The translations under genes were made by a program, and so were the position numbers. From contig NC_083404.1 of NCBI RefSeq assembly GCF_020745735.1, positions 80,537,731-80,601,730 on the forward strand: a DNA stretch of 64,000 nucleotides. Direction: 5' to 3'. Positions 1 through 14,292 of the stretch are shown piece by piece. This stretch comes from Hemiscyllium ocellatum. Taxonomy: Eukaryota. The notes beneath the pieces are model-generated. The model searched no databases, was not told where the DNA came from, and saw only the letters and a program-made list of their open reading frames with translations. Within the stretch, counting starts at the first letter, position 1, and every line of letters starts with the position of its first letter.

Positions 1-39
1 CCTCATTCAACATTACAATGGAACCCAAACTATTTGGTC

Positions 40-195
40 ATTAAGACAGTGCTGTTTGTGGGAGTTTGCTGGGCCTAATTTGGTAATTCCACTTTATACA
101 AAAGTAACTATACTTCAAAAATATTTTATTGGTTGTAAAGCACTTTGAAATATCCAGAAGTTTAAAAAGAAGTGCTGTATAAATATAATTTTTTT
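40..195 (+). mobile_element. 3' fragment of a Deu-domain SINE (SacSINE/AmnSINE-like)
   Basis: gctgtttgtggga...cttcaaaa...attggttgtaaagcactttg...gctgtataaat resembles the recalled DeuSINE 3' region; degenerate. Confidence 0.45.
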
Positions 196-322
196 TTCAA
201 AGGTACTACTCTAAAATTAGCCTTTGATTAGACTTTTAAAATGTGCTTAAATTCTTAAAACTTAAAATTACTGATCCTGTAATGAAAATATCCAAACAAT
301 AAGCAGAAATTGTGCTCATTAC

Positions 323-564
323 CTGTAAGGCTTTTCTCGCAACCATTTTTTATAAATATCACTGTGAGAAGGTAGGTAGTCCAGACTCTCATGTAATGCT
401 AGGTTTTCTTGATCTTTCTGAGTGCACTTGACATTAGTTACGTTGTCCCCATTATTTCTATTTTGAACATGATGTTTACGTGTCACAGGTCTGCATTGTT
501 GCAACAAGGGATGCTCTTCAGAATCCTTCCATTTCCTGGTTCCCTTGAAGTGCAGTGATGTCAT
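323..564 (-). CDS. First coding exon of a probable CLC-family chloride channel/antiporter gene (ClC-6/7-related); the gene continues beyond the left edge
   Basis: ATG at 564 with an in-frame TAA directly upstream; acceptor tttctcAG at 588-595; donor AG|GTAATG at 323/322; the peptide ends ...HESLDYLPSHSDIYKKWLREKPYR, and ESLDY is the N-terminal motif of ClC-6/7-type proteins. Confidence 0.55.
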
Positions 565-2460
565 TTAGCTCCAGTAGCTTTCAGACCCTGAGAAATCAGT
601 GTCTCAAAAGTTAAAAAAGGAAGATTCTTGTTGGAAAAGCAAAGATCACTGACTGTTCAGTACCACGAAGATCCCAAAAGAGAAATGATTGTGGCTTTGG
701 TGGATTCTTGCGACAAAGAGAGCTAACTGGAGAATGCTTCCACTATCCTGTTTTATCCAGGTCTGTTTACTGTCAGGAGATGTTGAGTCAACAGAGATTC
801 AACCCAACTTAAGAGCAAAGATATTGGTAGATTTAAAAAAATCAGTTTTGTGCCTTATACCATCCATGATATGGAATTTTAGTAATTGATAAACCATAAT
901 CCATTTCAAACAATTATTCTACAACAACCCAAATATGACAATTTATAATGTAGGATCACCTCTCTATTAAGTTTTGAATACATTGTAATAACTGAGTTGT
1001 TTTACTCACTGTTGTTCGGTATTGCTGCAATAACTTATTGCCAAGCAGGAAGCCCAGATTTCTTTCATCTTCCATGCAATTTACTGTCCATTTAATATTC
1101 ACCTCATTATATTGTTAGGTGGCTATCAACAACACCTAAAATGACTACTCTAATATTGGTCGAATATCTTCCTAGATTCTGTGATGTACAGGACATTCAT
1201 CCCTGAAATATTCTCCTTCCTGGCTATGACAGGATATCTGGAATTGTTGGGTGGTTCAAAAAGCACAAAAGAACTGAGGAAAACCAAATTTCATGGGTGG
1301 AAATTGAATGGAAATAATTTTCACGTGGGTCTGCTGCAAAAAATATTCCTCACTTATCTATACACTGCCAATATACTGGAACCAATGAGGAAGTTGAACC
1401 TTTTTGTATTAATTAAGGTAAGTGGCAACACTTTATGGTGGGCAGTATAATTTTTGGTGCTGGTCATATGTGTATATATTTTAAGAAAATTTTTATTGAA
1501 ACAGCAAGATCCAAAATGGTAGCGCAGAAGTCAAAACTGTGTTAAAGACTGCCTGAAGTCACAATCTGTGCACTTTGCATTCTGAATCACATGAGGGATG
1601 CACACACCATTGCCTTCCACAACATATATTTGGCATCCGGAAAATAGACAGGAGTGGTGATCCTGGCTATTTCTTTCATGTCATACCATTTTTCGTTACT
1701 GCAGAACCTGTATCTATAGTCTATTATTTGTCATTTGTAGGAACCGTGGGAAAATCGGATTTCTTACAACAGTGATTGCATTTTATCAGTTGTAAAACAA
1801 TCTAAGATGTCCAGAGATTGAAAATGTATTATATAAACTAGTTTCTTCTTATGACTACAAGGAATACATTTTATGCAAATTTATATAGCAGAAAGAGTAA
1901 GGAAGTTTTTTCCTCATCATTCCAGCTGGATTCAAACTTAGCTTTAAAAGTTAGAAAATGTGTTAAGCTAGGGTACTTGGAGCAAATTTTGTCCCAGACA
2001 TCCCCTTTCCATTTGCAAAGAAGGATTATCCTGATGTCACACAACCCAACCAGGTGATGCAATGTTAGGACAAATTTATGCTTCACTTTTCAAACAGTAT
2101 TAAATTGCAAAATGGGTCCAACATTCCTTAAAGTGTTTGACATCAAATTACAGGTAAAGATTTTTAACCAATTTCTGCTATTGCAAAGTAGAACAATATC
2201 TGGGGTGTTTTTGGAAGTGTTGAGCAAATTTCTGAATGTGGGAGTGTCGTTACATCTTACAGAGAGGAACCTGGAAATAGGATTAGGCCACTCCATCTGC
2301 TTCATTAAAACCTTGAAAATTTTGCACAAGTTGCCCCTTAACATTTCTAAATTCCTTAAAGCATAATACTGATATACATAATCTTCCTTCACCTAAGTCA
2401 TCTCCAGCAAAATAATACCAGGAATAGCACTGTCTGGTAGATTGCCAAATAGGGTCACAG

Positions 2461-2960
2461 AATCTTAGAGATGTACAGCATGAAAACAGACCCTTCGGTC
2501 CAACTCGTACATGCCGACCACATAATCTAAATTAATCTAGTCCCATTTGCCAGTATCTGGCTCATATCCTTCTAAACTCTTCCTAATCATATATCCATTC
2601 ATGCCTTTTAAATTTTGTAATTGTACCAGCCTCCATCACTTCCTCTGGCAGCTCATTCCATACATGCATCACCCTCTGTATGAAAAGGTTGCCCCTTGGG
2701 TATCTTTGAAATCTTGCCTCTCTCACCTTAAACTTATGCCGTCTAGTTTTAGACTCTCCCACCCCAGGGAAAGGACATTGTCTATTTACCCTATCCATGC
2801 CCCTCATGATTTTATAAACCTCTATAAGGTCACCCACTTCAGGGAAAATAGCCCCAGCCAATTCAGCCTCTCCCGATAGTTCAAACTCTCCAATTCTGGC
2901 AACTTCCTTGTAAATCTTTTCTGAACCTTTCCAAGTTTCCCAACTTGATCCATCCTTTTC
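2461..2960 (-). mobile_element. CR1-type LINE 3' end
   Basis: ORF 2583..2966 contains GDLIEVYKIMRGMDRV...FIQRVMHVWNELPEEV (CR1 ORF2 C-terminus); 3' UTR shared with other copies in the window. Confidence 0.85.
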
Positions 2961-3009
2961 CTCCAAGCCTAGCTACAACCAACTTACACCTGGATAACTT
3001 GCCCAACAT

Positions 3010-4150
3010 ATCAATATGATTAGGGAAGTCATGTTGGGAAAGTTGATGGTACTAAAGGCTGATAAAATCCCAGGGCCTAATAACCTACATGTTTGCGTGT
3101 GGAAGTGGCCCTAAAAAAATAGTGGATGCACTGGCGGTCAATTTTCAAGAGTCTATAATCTCGGAAAGTTCCAATGGATTGGCAAGTTGCTAATGTTATT
3201 TCACTATTTTAAAAAAAGAGATTGAGAGCAAATAGGGAATTATAGAGTGGATAGCCTGACATCAGTATTGAGGGAAATGCAGAGTCCATGAGGAATGATT
3301 TAATAGCAGTGTTTGGAAAACAGTGACAGAATCAAACCGACTAAACATGAATCTACAAAAGGGAAATCATGCTTGACAAACCTTGAGGATGTGTCTAAGA
3401 GCTCACAGGGGGAGCTAGTGGATCTGGTTTACTTGGGCATTCGTATGGCTTTTGATAAGGTGCCATACAAGAGATTAGCATACAAAATTCAGGTATATGA
3501 TATTGGGTCGTTACTGACATGGATAGAGAACTGATTGACAGGCTGGAACAAAGAGCACTTTTTCTGAATGGCAGCTAGTGTCTAGTGGGGTACCACAGAA
3601 CTCAGTGCTTGGACCCCATCTATATATTTAAAATAGATATTTATGAATAATCTTTAATATCTCAATGATTTAAATCAGGGAACTCGATGTAATATCTTGA
3701 AGTTCGCAGATGACACAAAGTTGGCTGGGAGAATGAATTGTGGATATGCAGGGATGCTTCAGCCTGATGTAGACTAGTTCAGGGAGTGGGTAAATACAAA
3801 GAAGATGAAGTGTAATGTGGTGAGGTTATCAACTTTGGTAACAAAACAGGAAGGCAAATTATTAACTGAATGATGATAGATTGAGAAAGGAGGAGATAAA
3901 AAGAAACTGTGTGTCCTTTTACACTGATTGGTGAAAGTAAACATACAGGTACAGCAGGCAGTGAAGACAGCAAATTGTATGTTAGCCTTCATAGTGAAAG
4001 AATTAGAATACAAGAGCAGGAAGCTATGCAACAAATGCACAGGGCCTTGGTGAGACCATACCTGGAATATTAGATGATCAACTATATTAATATTGAATGG
4101 TGGAGCAGGTTCAAAGGGTCAAATAGCATACTCCTGTTTCCATTTTCTAA
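3010..4150 (+). mobile_element. Degenerate CR1 LINE RT fragment
   Basis: KGKSCLTNL...VDLVYL...AFDKVP, GVPQ-like and KFADDTK remnants with frameshifts. Confidence 0.8.
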
Positions 4151-4364
4151 GTTCTTATCCCAACTCTATGTTAGCCACCAAGATACATGCAGTGTATACA
4201 TCTGAGCTTATGACCGCTTGGGAAAAAAAAATCATTAACGAAGCTGTTGCACTCTCTTCCTCCTTGGTGTGATGCAGCAGGTAGTTAGCAGCTCTTAGCT
4301 CACTGAAAATAGGAAAACAGAAGGGGAAGTTTGGGTTGACGGTAATTGGGCAGAAATCTCTAAA

Positions 4365-4930
4365 GCTTCCATGTCCTTCCTATAATGAGGCAACTAGAAC
4401 TGAACACAATATTCCAAGTGTGGTCTAACCAAGGCTCTATAGAGCTGCAACATCAATCCCCCTGCTAATGAAAGCAAACACACTACAGTGTATATACTTC
4501 CTTAACAACCCTATCAACCTGGGTGGCAATTTTGAGGGATCTATGGACATGGACCCCAAGATTCCTCCGTTCCTCAACACTGCCAAGAATCCTGCCTTTA
4601 ACCTTGTATTCTGCAGTCAGATTTGACCTTCCAAAATGAATCACTTCACACTTTTCCAGGTTGAACTCCGTCTGCCACTTATCAGCCGGTTCTGTTTCCT
4701 GTCAAGATCTCGTTGCAACCTACAACAGCCTTCTACGCTATCTATGCTTCAATCTATACTGTACTTCTCTACTGCACGTCATTGGCAAGTTACTAACTCA
4801 CCAACTTCCTCATCCAAGTCATTTTTAAAAATCACAAAGAGCAGAGGACGCAGAACAGATCCCCGCAGAACACCACAGAACAGAACAATTCATGTACACC
4901 ACATCCACTGATGTATTTCATCAATGTGTT
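4365..4930 (-). mobile_element. CR1 LINE fragment
   Basis: Antisense similarity to the other CR1 RT copies in the window (VRPHLEY-like and WAEKWQ-like segments). Confidence 0.7.
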
Positions 4931-4959
4931 TTGTCACATTCATAACAATACTCATTGGT

Positions 4960-5650
4960 TTGGCTATGGATGATTGAGTGCTGCCATCATTTCCTCCAGA
5001 TATCACAACAGGGAAAATAATGCAGAGTCAGGATGGTGATGCCACCAGTTGTCCACTTGAAGTCAAAGGACTTAGTCAAGTTCCTCAACTTCACCACCAA
5101 TACTGAGCAGAGCTAGATACCAGTCAGCATTGTGGCTAATCCAACCCTCCACCTCACACCCCAAGGAAGATTCACTCACCATCATCACTCGATCTGAGAA
5201 GAGTAGACATCTCTTCAATGATGCTTATTTGCTTCTGTTGTGTGAGAAACTTAAACATCGATAAAATGAAATGCTATGCCCTCCAAGTGGATGGTAAGAC
5301 ATAAGAAATGGTTTAGCGCATGCTCCTCAATCTCAGAACTCTGGCTGAAAACATGTGGAAAGCAAGAAAGCCATCCCATCAGAATTTGAGTCAATATAAT
5401 GGTGTCCCTTCTGTGCCACTCCAGGAGCCATGTGACTTGGTTTCCTGAAATGGTGTGGGTTTCTTGCAGGAAACACACTGACTACTTCCCTTCTTTAAGG
5501 GGTAAAAAGTGCTGCAATCTATGCTGTCTGCTGCCATCGATGTTGAAATCGGTTATCATCAAGCCAGCAGGACTGTGCAGCCATCACCAACATCCTATCT
5601 TGCAGAGGGAGCAGGGGCATTCTTAATCTTAAATTGCTCAGGAGATCAGT
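4960..5650 (-). mobile_element. L1/Tx1-type LINE endonuclease N-terminal fragment
   Basis: ORF 5251..5478 begins CFLQETH...TWLLEW, matching the APE endonuclease LQETH motif. Confidence 0.65.
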
Positions 5651-6230
5651 GGAAGTATACCTCAAGTGCCTTCCCCAGCAGATAACTCACACCAATAGTA
5701 AGGTTATTTTTGAAGGCCATGGGCACTACCCACTCAGACTTCTGACATATACTCTTCCCATCCAGTTTAGAGATTGAGACAATGACCAAGAGCTGACAAC
5801 CTCCAACCATTACCTTCACACATAGGTCACTCTGTTTATTTCAGGATGTGCATTGCTCTTTACTCTATAGTTTTTGGTAATCAGCATGACAGGCAATAGG
5901 AAGCAACTACCGTTGTTTAGTTACTGCTAGGCCACACTATCATCTAATTTTGGAGGTATTATGGATCTCAGAGCCAGGATCAGCTTTTCAGTTTTTGAAG
6001 TTTTAAGTAACACACAGTGGAGATTGATAAATAGTGCAGGAATATCCCAATCAAATTTTGTTTTTACAATAAAATATAGGGAAAAGCAGAAAGGGTTAAG
6101 CCATAAAATAGGAGAAACAAAACGATGGATATTACAGGTTTGCTTCTTATCCAGGTATGAGAACAGGAGCTGCAATGGTAAATTATAACCAGAGGAGGGG
6201 GTATGGGAGAAAAGTGTGCTCTTCTTCCAC

Positions 6231-6305
6231 AGGAGCTGCACTCCGAAAGCTAGTGTGCTTCCAATTGTTGGGACTATAACCTGGTGTTGTGCGATTTCTA
6301 ACTTT
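6231..6305 (+). mobile_element. Penelope-like 3'-end fragment (family B), truncated inside the hammerhead motif
   Basis: aggagctgcactccGAAAGCTAgtgtgcttccaatt...ggactataacctggtgttgtgcgatt is near-identical to 26352-26430. Confidence 0.8.
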
Positions 6306-6499
6306 CTTCCATAGGGCAGCTCTATTTTCAGTCTTCATATTCTTCTCCTCCCAAATTATAGCACCCAGCACTTGAGGATTTCTTCCTACAATAGTCCTTA
6401 AGTTGTTGTATGATATTCCAATTTTCTTCTCAATGTGTTGGTAGTTTTGGCTTTCCTTATGCCAATGAATAGCAGTTCCCAATTCCCTCCTTCTCTCAA

Positions 6500-8030
6500 G
6501 TACAGAATTCAACAGGATGGACCGTGAAGTTTTTGAATAAATTGATATAAACGAGGAGGTATTGGAAGCTTTGGTTGATTTAAAAATGGACAAATACCTA
6601 GGTCTGCACAAATTGTATCCTAGGCTGTTATGGGGGACATGGCAAGAATTTCCAGGGGCCCTGCTCAATTTTTTTAATTATTCCTGGCTACAGAGAGGTG
6701 CCAGAGGATTGGAGAACAGCTAATATGGTTCCACTTTATAAGAAGTCTGATAGAGATAGACCAGTGTGTCTAACATCAATGGGAAGGAAATATTGGAGAA
6801 AATGGTGAAGGGAAAAAGTAATTGTCCTTTAGAGAGGCAAGATTTGATCAGAGAGACCTAGCATGGCTTTGTCAGAGGGAGGTCATACTTAACAAATCTG
6901 GTGGAATTTTTCAAAGAGGTGACTTAGTGCTTCAATGAAGGTAAGGCAACATGTAGTTAACATGTAGCAAGGTCTTTATCAGTTTCCCAAGTGGGAGTTT
7001 ATCAATGAAGGTAAAAGTTTTTTTTTGGTAACTTGGAAAGATAGATCCAAATTTGTCTAACTGAAATTAGAGGATGATGGTATAAATCTATTTGTGTGTT
7101 TGGAGCCTGGTGTACAGTGGCGTGACTTTTAACTTTGTACACCGGGATCAATGCTGGATCTCATTGTATATGATATTCATAAATATTTAGATGTGAATGT
7201 GGGAGGGATGGCAAGTAAACCTGCAATGACACAAAACTGGCTGGGAAATTGACAGTGAGGATGAAGATGCTAGGTCACAGAAAGACATAGATTGATTAGC
7301 TGAGTAAATGTAATTTAATTCTGATAAATGTAAGGTGATGCACTTTCTAAGAGAGAACAAGGCAAGGAAGTATTCAATGAATAGCAATACACACCAAAAC
7401 TCAGGAATAGAGGGATCTTGGGGTGCTTGTCCACAGATCCCTGAAGGTGTGGCAAGACATTTTAAGTTAGGAAGTTAAGGAGGCATCTGGGACACTTACC
7501 TTTATTAGTCATGGCACAGATTATAAGAGCAAGAAGGTCATGTTGGGGCTGTTTTGAACTTTGATTAGACTACAGCTGGAGTACTGCATGAAGTTCTGGT
7601 TACCACACTACAGGAAAGATGTGATTGGACTGGAAGGGGTGCAAAGAAGATTCACCAGGATGTTTCCTGGAATGGAGTATTTCCACTATGAAAAAAAGCT
7701 GGATAAGTTTGGGTTGTTTTCTTTGGATATGGGAAGATTGGGGAAGGGAGGTGGCACCCTTAGTTGAAGGGTTGATAAGAAGTGCAATTTTAAGAGGAAG
7801 GGCAGAGAGTTCAGATGGGATTTCATAAAAAAAAATTTTCATCCACAGAGCGATGGAGGTGGGGGTCAGGAACACACAGGTTTGTTAAGGTAGGCAACCT
7901 CTGCATATTTAAAAATTACTTGAATGAACACTTGAAGTGTCTTACCATCCAAGGCTATGGGCTATTGCAGAAAGTGGGGCTAGTGTAGGTAGTAGCATTT
8001 GGTGGTACAGACATGATGGGCCAAAGGTTG
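6500..8030 (+). mobile_element. Degenerate CR1 LINE (RT to 3' end)
   Basis: IRLQLEYCMKFWLPHYRKDVIGLEGVQRRFTRM (ORF 7561..7767) and upstream RT remnants. Confidence 0.85.
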
Positions 8031-10559
8031 TACAGTACTGTTTAATTCTTCAAATAGTAAAAGCTAAAGCAGCAAAAGACTGGTTTTCTGATAAGCTTCT
8101 CATTCTCCTTTCCTCTTTGTCTCCCAGCTGAAGTTTAATCAATCAGACCTTGCCAAATTGGGCAAATAAAGTCTGCTGCACTTACACAGAAATAGTCAAA
8201 AAACATTATGAGAGGTCTCGGCAAATACCTTTCAGTTTGTGGCTGTGGAAATCTTTTGTCAATATTCACACAGATGAAATCCTCCACTCCATGTAGATTT
8301 TAAGGTGATGACCATCAGCAGTAGACAGACAATGGACAGTCTCCACAAGAGGCACTGATCTTACATAACAAGAGGTAGTTTATTGCAGTATACGAAAAAG
8401 TACATATTTTGATTAATTGAGTATAATTGGATAAGACTACCAGGAGGTAGGTATGTTACTTCGGACCTTGAAATCACATACATGATCTGATTCGCCAAAG
8501 ACTGTGTCATCAGATTAGGTGAAGTTTATGCAACTTCATGCATCAACTCTTTCAGAACCATTTTGTTACACAATACAGAGCACATTGTTGTTTCTTGGGG
8601 TAGGGATCTGGAAACATGCCAATGAAAAGTTTGAACATTAGTGCTGCATGCTGAGATTTTTAAATTTTCTCCATCTTCAATATTCTATTACTGCTCCCAC
8701 AAAAATCTTCAATCCCTCAACTCCAATTTCAAAAACAAAATTAGACAACCACAATTTGAAAACTGGCAATTTTCAAAAACTCTCAAATGAAGAGCACACA
8801 AACACTGGTTTTCTTAGATAAAGTGCCATTGTATATTTTTAACAAGGGATTATTAATAATTTTATTTGTTGGCCATATTTGAAGTATTTTTAAGCAGTAG
8901 ACATACATAGAACTAAAATACAATTTGCATTCTCTTTCTCCAATTCTCTTCTGAATCCTGACACTCAAGAAAAACCAGATTAGTGTTTCTCACAAGCACT
9001 GGTCATTAATGATTATGGCATGATGAGAATTATTAAGGCTGAATCCCCAGAAAGGATGCATTTCCTTCAAAGCAACAAATGTCAGCTTGTTTCATCTTGT
9101 TCTTCCAGTTTTATATTTATCCCAAAACTGTGTAAACAGTTTTCAAAAGTGACAATGAAATAAAGACAAAGAATCTTGCATACGTCATTTCAGTAAACAC
9201 CAAAATTAGTGTCAGCTGAAATTGTATCTTTACAAATCAAATCTAAAAGTGTTAGTGAACACAAAAATGTTATTGAACCAAAATGTAATCTTACTTGTTA
9301 ATGACAACCAACTATGGTGTCTTACACTGACATTTAGCGATCTGGTTGTGCCTATTCTTAGCAATTTAACAAGTTGCATAAAAACTCGACAAGGAGTAGA
9401 GGCAGTAAATAAACAAAATGCTAAAAACTTGCCCCTTCTCTACTAAAGTAGTATTCAGTGTTTTGTACATCTGGGAATCAAGGGTAAATGGTCTCATTTT
9501 CCCCTTCTCGTGGCATAGCCAACATTCAGCCCCTAACACCACTAAGGCATGCTGTGCGCAATCTAAGGTCACTAGTAATTGTTTCTATGTTTCTAAAATA
9601 ATTCATTGACTATGAAATAGTTTAGGGTATCACAGGACATAAATCCAAGTCACACTTACCATCACCTGAGTGGGTCACAATTCAGCAAAGCTTCAGATTT
9701 ACAATTTTCATCCTGGTGTTCAATTCCTTCTTGACCTTACCTCAGTTTCCAACCTGCCACAACCCTGAAAAGTTTGCTTTTCTGGGCTATTGTGCATCAA
9801 TTTTCTTTTATCCATATTGATAGATGTGCCTTCAGCTGTACAGGTTCTAATGTCTGGAATTTTCTCCACACACCAAACCTCAAAACACCTCTCTGACAAG
9901 ACTTGGCTCACTTGGCCAAAGTCTCATGTGGCTTGCGGATTTGAAGAGATAATGCATTACAAGATGCCATGGAATATTTTAATACTTCAAAGGCATGATA
10001 AAATGCATGCTTGGTATACAGGTTTGGTACTCATCCTCCATCCAGATGAAGCTATATCATTTACCCTGCCAGTACCAAAATATGTCACAGAAAGCATGTT
10101 TACAGGGTGAAGTCACAGGATATTAAGCCAGAGACAACTAAACTGCAATTTTTAAAAATTTAGCTGCCACAGTCAAGGGTGATTTCCTGTAATGGTTAGA
10201 AACACTTTAGACAACATGCTAAATAAAGCAACAAGTTTTATCTTTAAATTACACATTGACCCAGTCCTGCAATTTCATCCTGCTCTACAACCATCCATAC
10301 CTAGTATACTAATTATACAGTATGAATCAGTATAGGAATGACAACACAAAGTGCAGAGCCATCTGAGGATACTCACACGATCAACTCCTCTCACATCTAT
10401 CCTTGGTATGATACACTTTGGTGAGAGGAAGAGGAAATTAAATTGCCAAGCATGGTAGATACACAAAACACTGAAGGTTGCAATGCCATAAAAAAAAATC
10501 ACTGACTTTAATTTTAACAGAATACAACCAAAACGCAGCTATTTAAACTTGTGCAGAAC

Positions 10560-11740
10560 ATCTTTGTGTGAAGGAAATAGTGTCTCACAAACTCAATTTT
10601 TTTTGAGGTAACAAAAAAAGATTGAGGACAGAACAGTAAATATTGCTTTCGTAGAATTTAGTAAAACCTTTGACAAGGTTCTGCATCATAGACTTTATGT
10701 TAGATCACAGATTCAAGGAGAGCTTGCCAATTGGATAAAGAATCGGCTTGATGGTAAGAGATACAGAGTGGTGGTGGCGGAGGGTTTTCTTTTCAGACTG
10801 GAGGCCTGTGACAAGCAGTATTTCACAAGGATCAGGACTGGGTCCATTTTTGTCACTTATATAAACAATTTGGATGAGAATTTAGGAGACAGTTAGGAGG
10901 TTTGTGGATTATATCAAAATGGCAGTATAGTGAACAGTGAGGTTGGTTAGCTAAGATTACAAAGAGACCTTGACTAATTGGGTCAATGGACTGAGAGTGG
11001 CAGATTGAGTATAATTTGGATAAATATAAGATATTGCATATTGGTAAAGCAAACAAAGGCAGAACCTATATAATTAATGGTAAGACCCTAGATAGTGCTG
11101 AAGAACAGGGAAACCAATGGTTCAGGTGCATAATTCTTTGAGATTTGCATCAGATAGGCAGTGGTTAAGGAGACATTTAGCACACATACCCCCATGGCTC
11201 GGACTGAGTATAGGAACTGGGATGGCATGTTGAGATTATACAATAAATTGGCGAGTCCTCTTCTGGAGTTCTGAATGTACAGTTCTGGTCATCTTGCTCT
11301 AGGAAGGATATTAAATTGGAGAGGGTTCGAGAAAAGATTTACCAGGATGCTGTCAGGAATGGAAGGTTTGAGTTATAAAGATAGGCTGGGTCTCTTTTTC
11401 ATTGGCATGTCAGAGGCTGAGGGGTGAGGTGCATGGATAAGGTGAATAGCAAAGGTCATTGCCCTAGGAGGCAAATTTTTTAAGGTTAGAAGAGAACTTT
11501 AAAAAGGACATGAGGGGTAACTTTTGTTTTTAAAAAGTGGTTTGTTTGTGGAATGAACTGTACAGGTAGTAGTGCATGCAGGTACAGTTACAACATTAAA
11601 AAGACATTTGGATAAGTACGAGTGGGAAAGGTTTAGAGGGATATGGGCCAATCACAAGTAAATGAAACTAGTGTAGCTCGGGGGAACTTGGCTGGCATGG
11701 ACAAATGATCTGTTTCTGTGTTGCATGACTGTACTCTGGT
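10560..11740 (+). mobile_element. Degenerate CR1 LINE (RT to 3' end)
   Basis: Collinear with the 42688-43927 copy; AFDKV-like and ERVQKRFTRM-like remnants; CR1 3' UTR. Confidence 0.85.
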
Positions 11741-12669
11741 GAACAGTTCTGGTCTTCATATTATTAAAAGAATAAGCAGGAGAATATACAAAAAACATTT
11801 CTTATACCAAAAACTGAGGTTGTACCCAATGGGAAAGACTGACCAGGAAACAGCTCTGAGAACAGAGCTTCTGTATGGGTGTCTCTGTTACCAAATGGGT
11901 CATTATGATTAGTAAAATGTTATACAGTAGACAAAATTGATATTGCAACTTGCAGCAAGGTTATAAGATGGGTTGTAAATAGGTCATAAATCTAGTAGGG
12001 ATTTTGGACAAATTCCTGAAGAGAATGCTTAGAATGTGCAAGCAAGAGAGAACCTGGGGAGATATGTAGGGAGATAAGGGATAAAAGGATATATTGATGA
12101 GGTTTAAAAGGGTGACAGAAAATCTATGCATAAAAAATAAAACCATACATGAATGAACACATTGGCCTGTTCACGTTCCATAAGTACTATACGACACTGC
12201 AAAGAAGTTGATCAAGAATTTTAGATGCATTATTGATCCTGATGTTGTTTGTGGATTCTGTGCTTCAGCTTTGGATATTTCAGAGTTTTTGAAAAAGTCT
12301 TCAATTGTAGCAAGTACACATTGCTAGTTAGGCCAGCACTTATTGTCCATCCCCAATTTCTCTCATGAAGATGGCTGTAGTTCAAGGTAATTCATTGTTG
12401 TAAAGCATTTTTGGGTATGGAGGGAATCTTATTTGGCTAATGATCATACCTAGATATACTGATTCAAACGGAGTACACTGTAATATTAGTTGGTTCATGC
12501 AGTGTATATACATTGTGACTCTGAGATGAGCTAGATAGAGAGACCAGAAAAGAAAGAAAGTGGAGGCCTGGAATACATTGCTTTTCCGTGGAAAGTTTAC
12601 ACTATTCTGGCAAAATCACCAAGGTTGGTAAAAAAAAAAATGGAAAGATGAGCAGGATTTTAAATTTTG

Positions 12670-12675
12670 TTTATT
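12670..12675 (-). promoter_or_regulatory. Candidate UBE2V2 polyadenylation signal (AATAAA); alternative at 13465-13470
   Basis: tttatt on the + strand, followed on the minus strand by a T-rich tract, ~1.1 kb after the stop codon. Confidence 0.35.
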
Positions 12676-13788
12676 AAATGAATACACCCACCTTAAGTTT
12701 TCTCACAAACTTGAATGGGAAACAGTCTTCTCAAATACAGCAAATTGATGAGATAACTCATATGAGAAAGTAAACTTCAGATAGTATACTCTACCTGATT
12801 ATTTTTCTGACACGATCATTAGCAGCTTTTAGTCTGAGAGAATTAACATTTTCCCATAAAATTCTAAAGGGAAAATCTGAGCCTAGCATATTAACTAGCC
12901 AGATCACTTTGCCCTCCAGAAGTAAGATAAGTTTGAAAGGCAAAGATGAATGTTTTCGCTTACACGTGCGAAATCAATAAGTTCGCAACCAGTAACCACT
13001 TGAAAGATTTTACCACTACCTTTTTTTAAAAATACATTTGGTCAAACAGTATCACCCAATTCAAAGGCTTAAATGAAAAGCATCTCACTGCACCTTATTC
13101 ACATCTTCAAGACTAGCTTTAATTTTAGGAAGTCCTAACTATACACCAATATTCTTTTCTCGCAAATTCAAATGCATGTTTTGGTAGAATCAGGCTGTAA
13201 ACAAACGTAATATTACTTGATACACAAGAGCTGCTTAACAGAAAGTCATTTTCATAAATACAAATATTAAAACATTCTCAACACACCGACATTACAATTA
13301 ATCTGCACCACAATGCAGCAAAATGATGAGCAAAAACTTCAACAACCCTTATCATATGAGTGTAGTTTGCATAACGTACACAACCTCAAATGTTTTTCAA
13401 TACAGCTCTCTTTTTTTAAATCGGAAGGTTCCAGAGCATGCCATTATATACACCAACTACTGCCTTTATTACCAATAATCTGTTTAACATATATATTTGC
13501 TATGATCAGGCAATAAGTGTCTTGATTTCACTCCTAATCTTCACCCCTCCCTCCCACAGAAGCCGAGATTCCAATGGCTTGTATATCATCGATATCATCA
13601 TTGCCTTGATAAGAGAAAATAAATTACTCTGCACCACTACTGAATTTATTTGCGGTTCAGAACATTATTGTGGACATACATTTCAAGATTGAGATCTTTT
13701 GTTGGCATTTAGTATTGCAGAGAATTGACAAGACATGAATAGGAAGTGAAGTTTTTGAGAGAGAGAGGTGGGTCTGGATCCATTAAAA

Positions 13789-13935
13789 TTAATTGTTGTA
13801 AGTCTGTCCTTCGGGAGGCTGTGAAATCTTCACATTCTCTTTGCAAGTCATCATACGCCGTAGATCTTGAAGTATAGCCTTAATACTATAGGAATTTTGC
13901 CACTTAGATAGAACTGGTATACTACGTGAATCCAC
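13789..13935 (-). CDS. UBE2V2: UBE2V2 exon 4 (last coding exon)
   Basis: ttttttccttgcAG|[48 protein letters not shown]; 147 nt. Confidence 0.96.
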   Translation of the reverse strand: MDSRSIPVLSKWQNSYSIKAILQDLRRMMTCKENVKISQPPEGQTYNN

Positions 13936-14009
13936 CTGCAAGGAAAAAAAGTTTAGTAAAACATATGTTTTGTCAGCATAAATGTAAAATTTTACAGAAC
14001 CTTTATTTT

Positions 14010-14292
14010 GTTTGGGAGACTGTGTGTGGAGTTTGCACGTTCTCAGTGTCTGTGTGCGTTTAATTTGGGTGCTTCAGTGTCCTCCCACGGTCCAACGATG
14101 TGCATGTTAGATAGATTGGCCATGCTAAATTGCCCACATTCCAAAGATGTGCAGCTGAGGTGGATTAACCATGGGAAATGCAGGGTTACATGGATAGGGT
14201 GGAGGGGTGGGTTTGGGTTGGGATGCTCTTCGGAAGGTCAATGTAGACTTGACGGGCTGAATTGCCTGCATCCACACATAGGGATTCTATGA
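14010..14292 (+). mobile_element. 5'-truncated shark tRNA-derived SINE (HE1/V-SINE-like)
   Basis: tgtgtggagtttgcacgttctc...ggccatgctaaattgccc matches the full copy at 31151. Confidence 0.75.
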
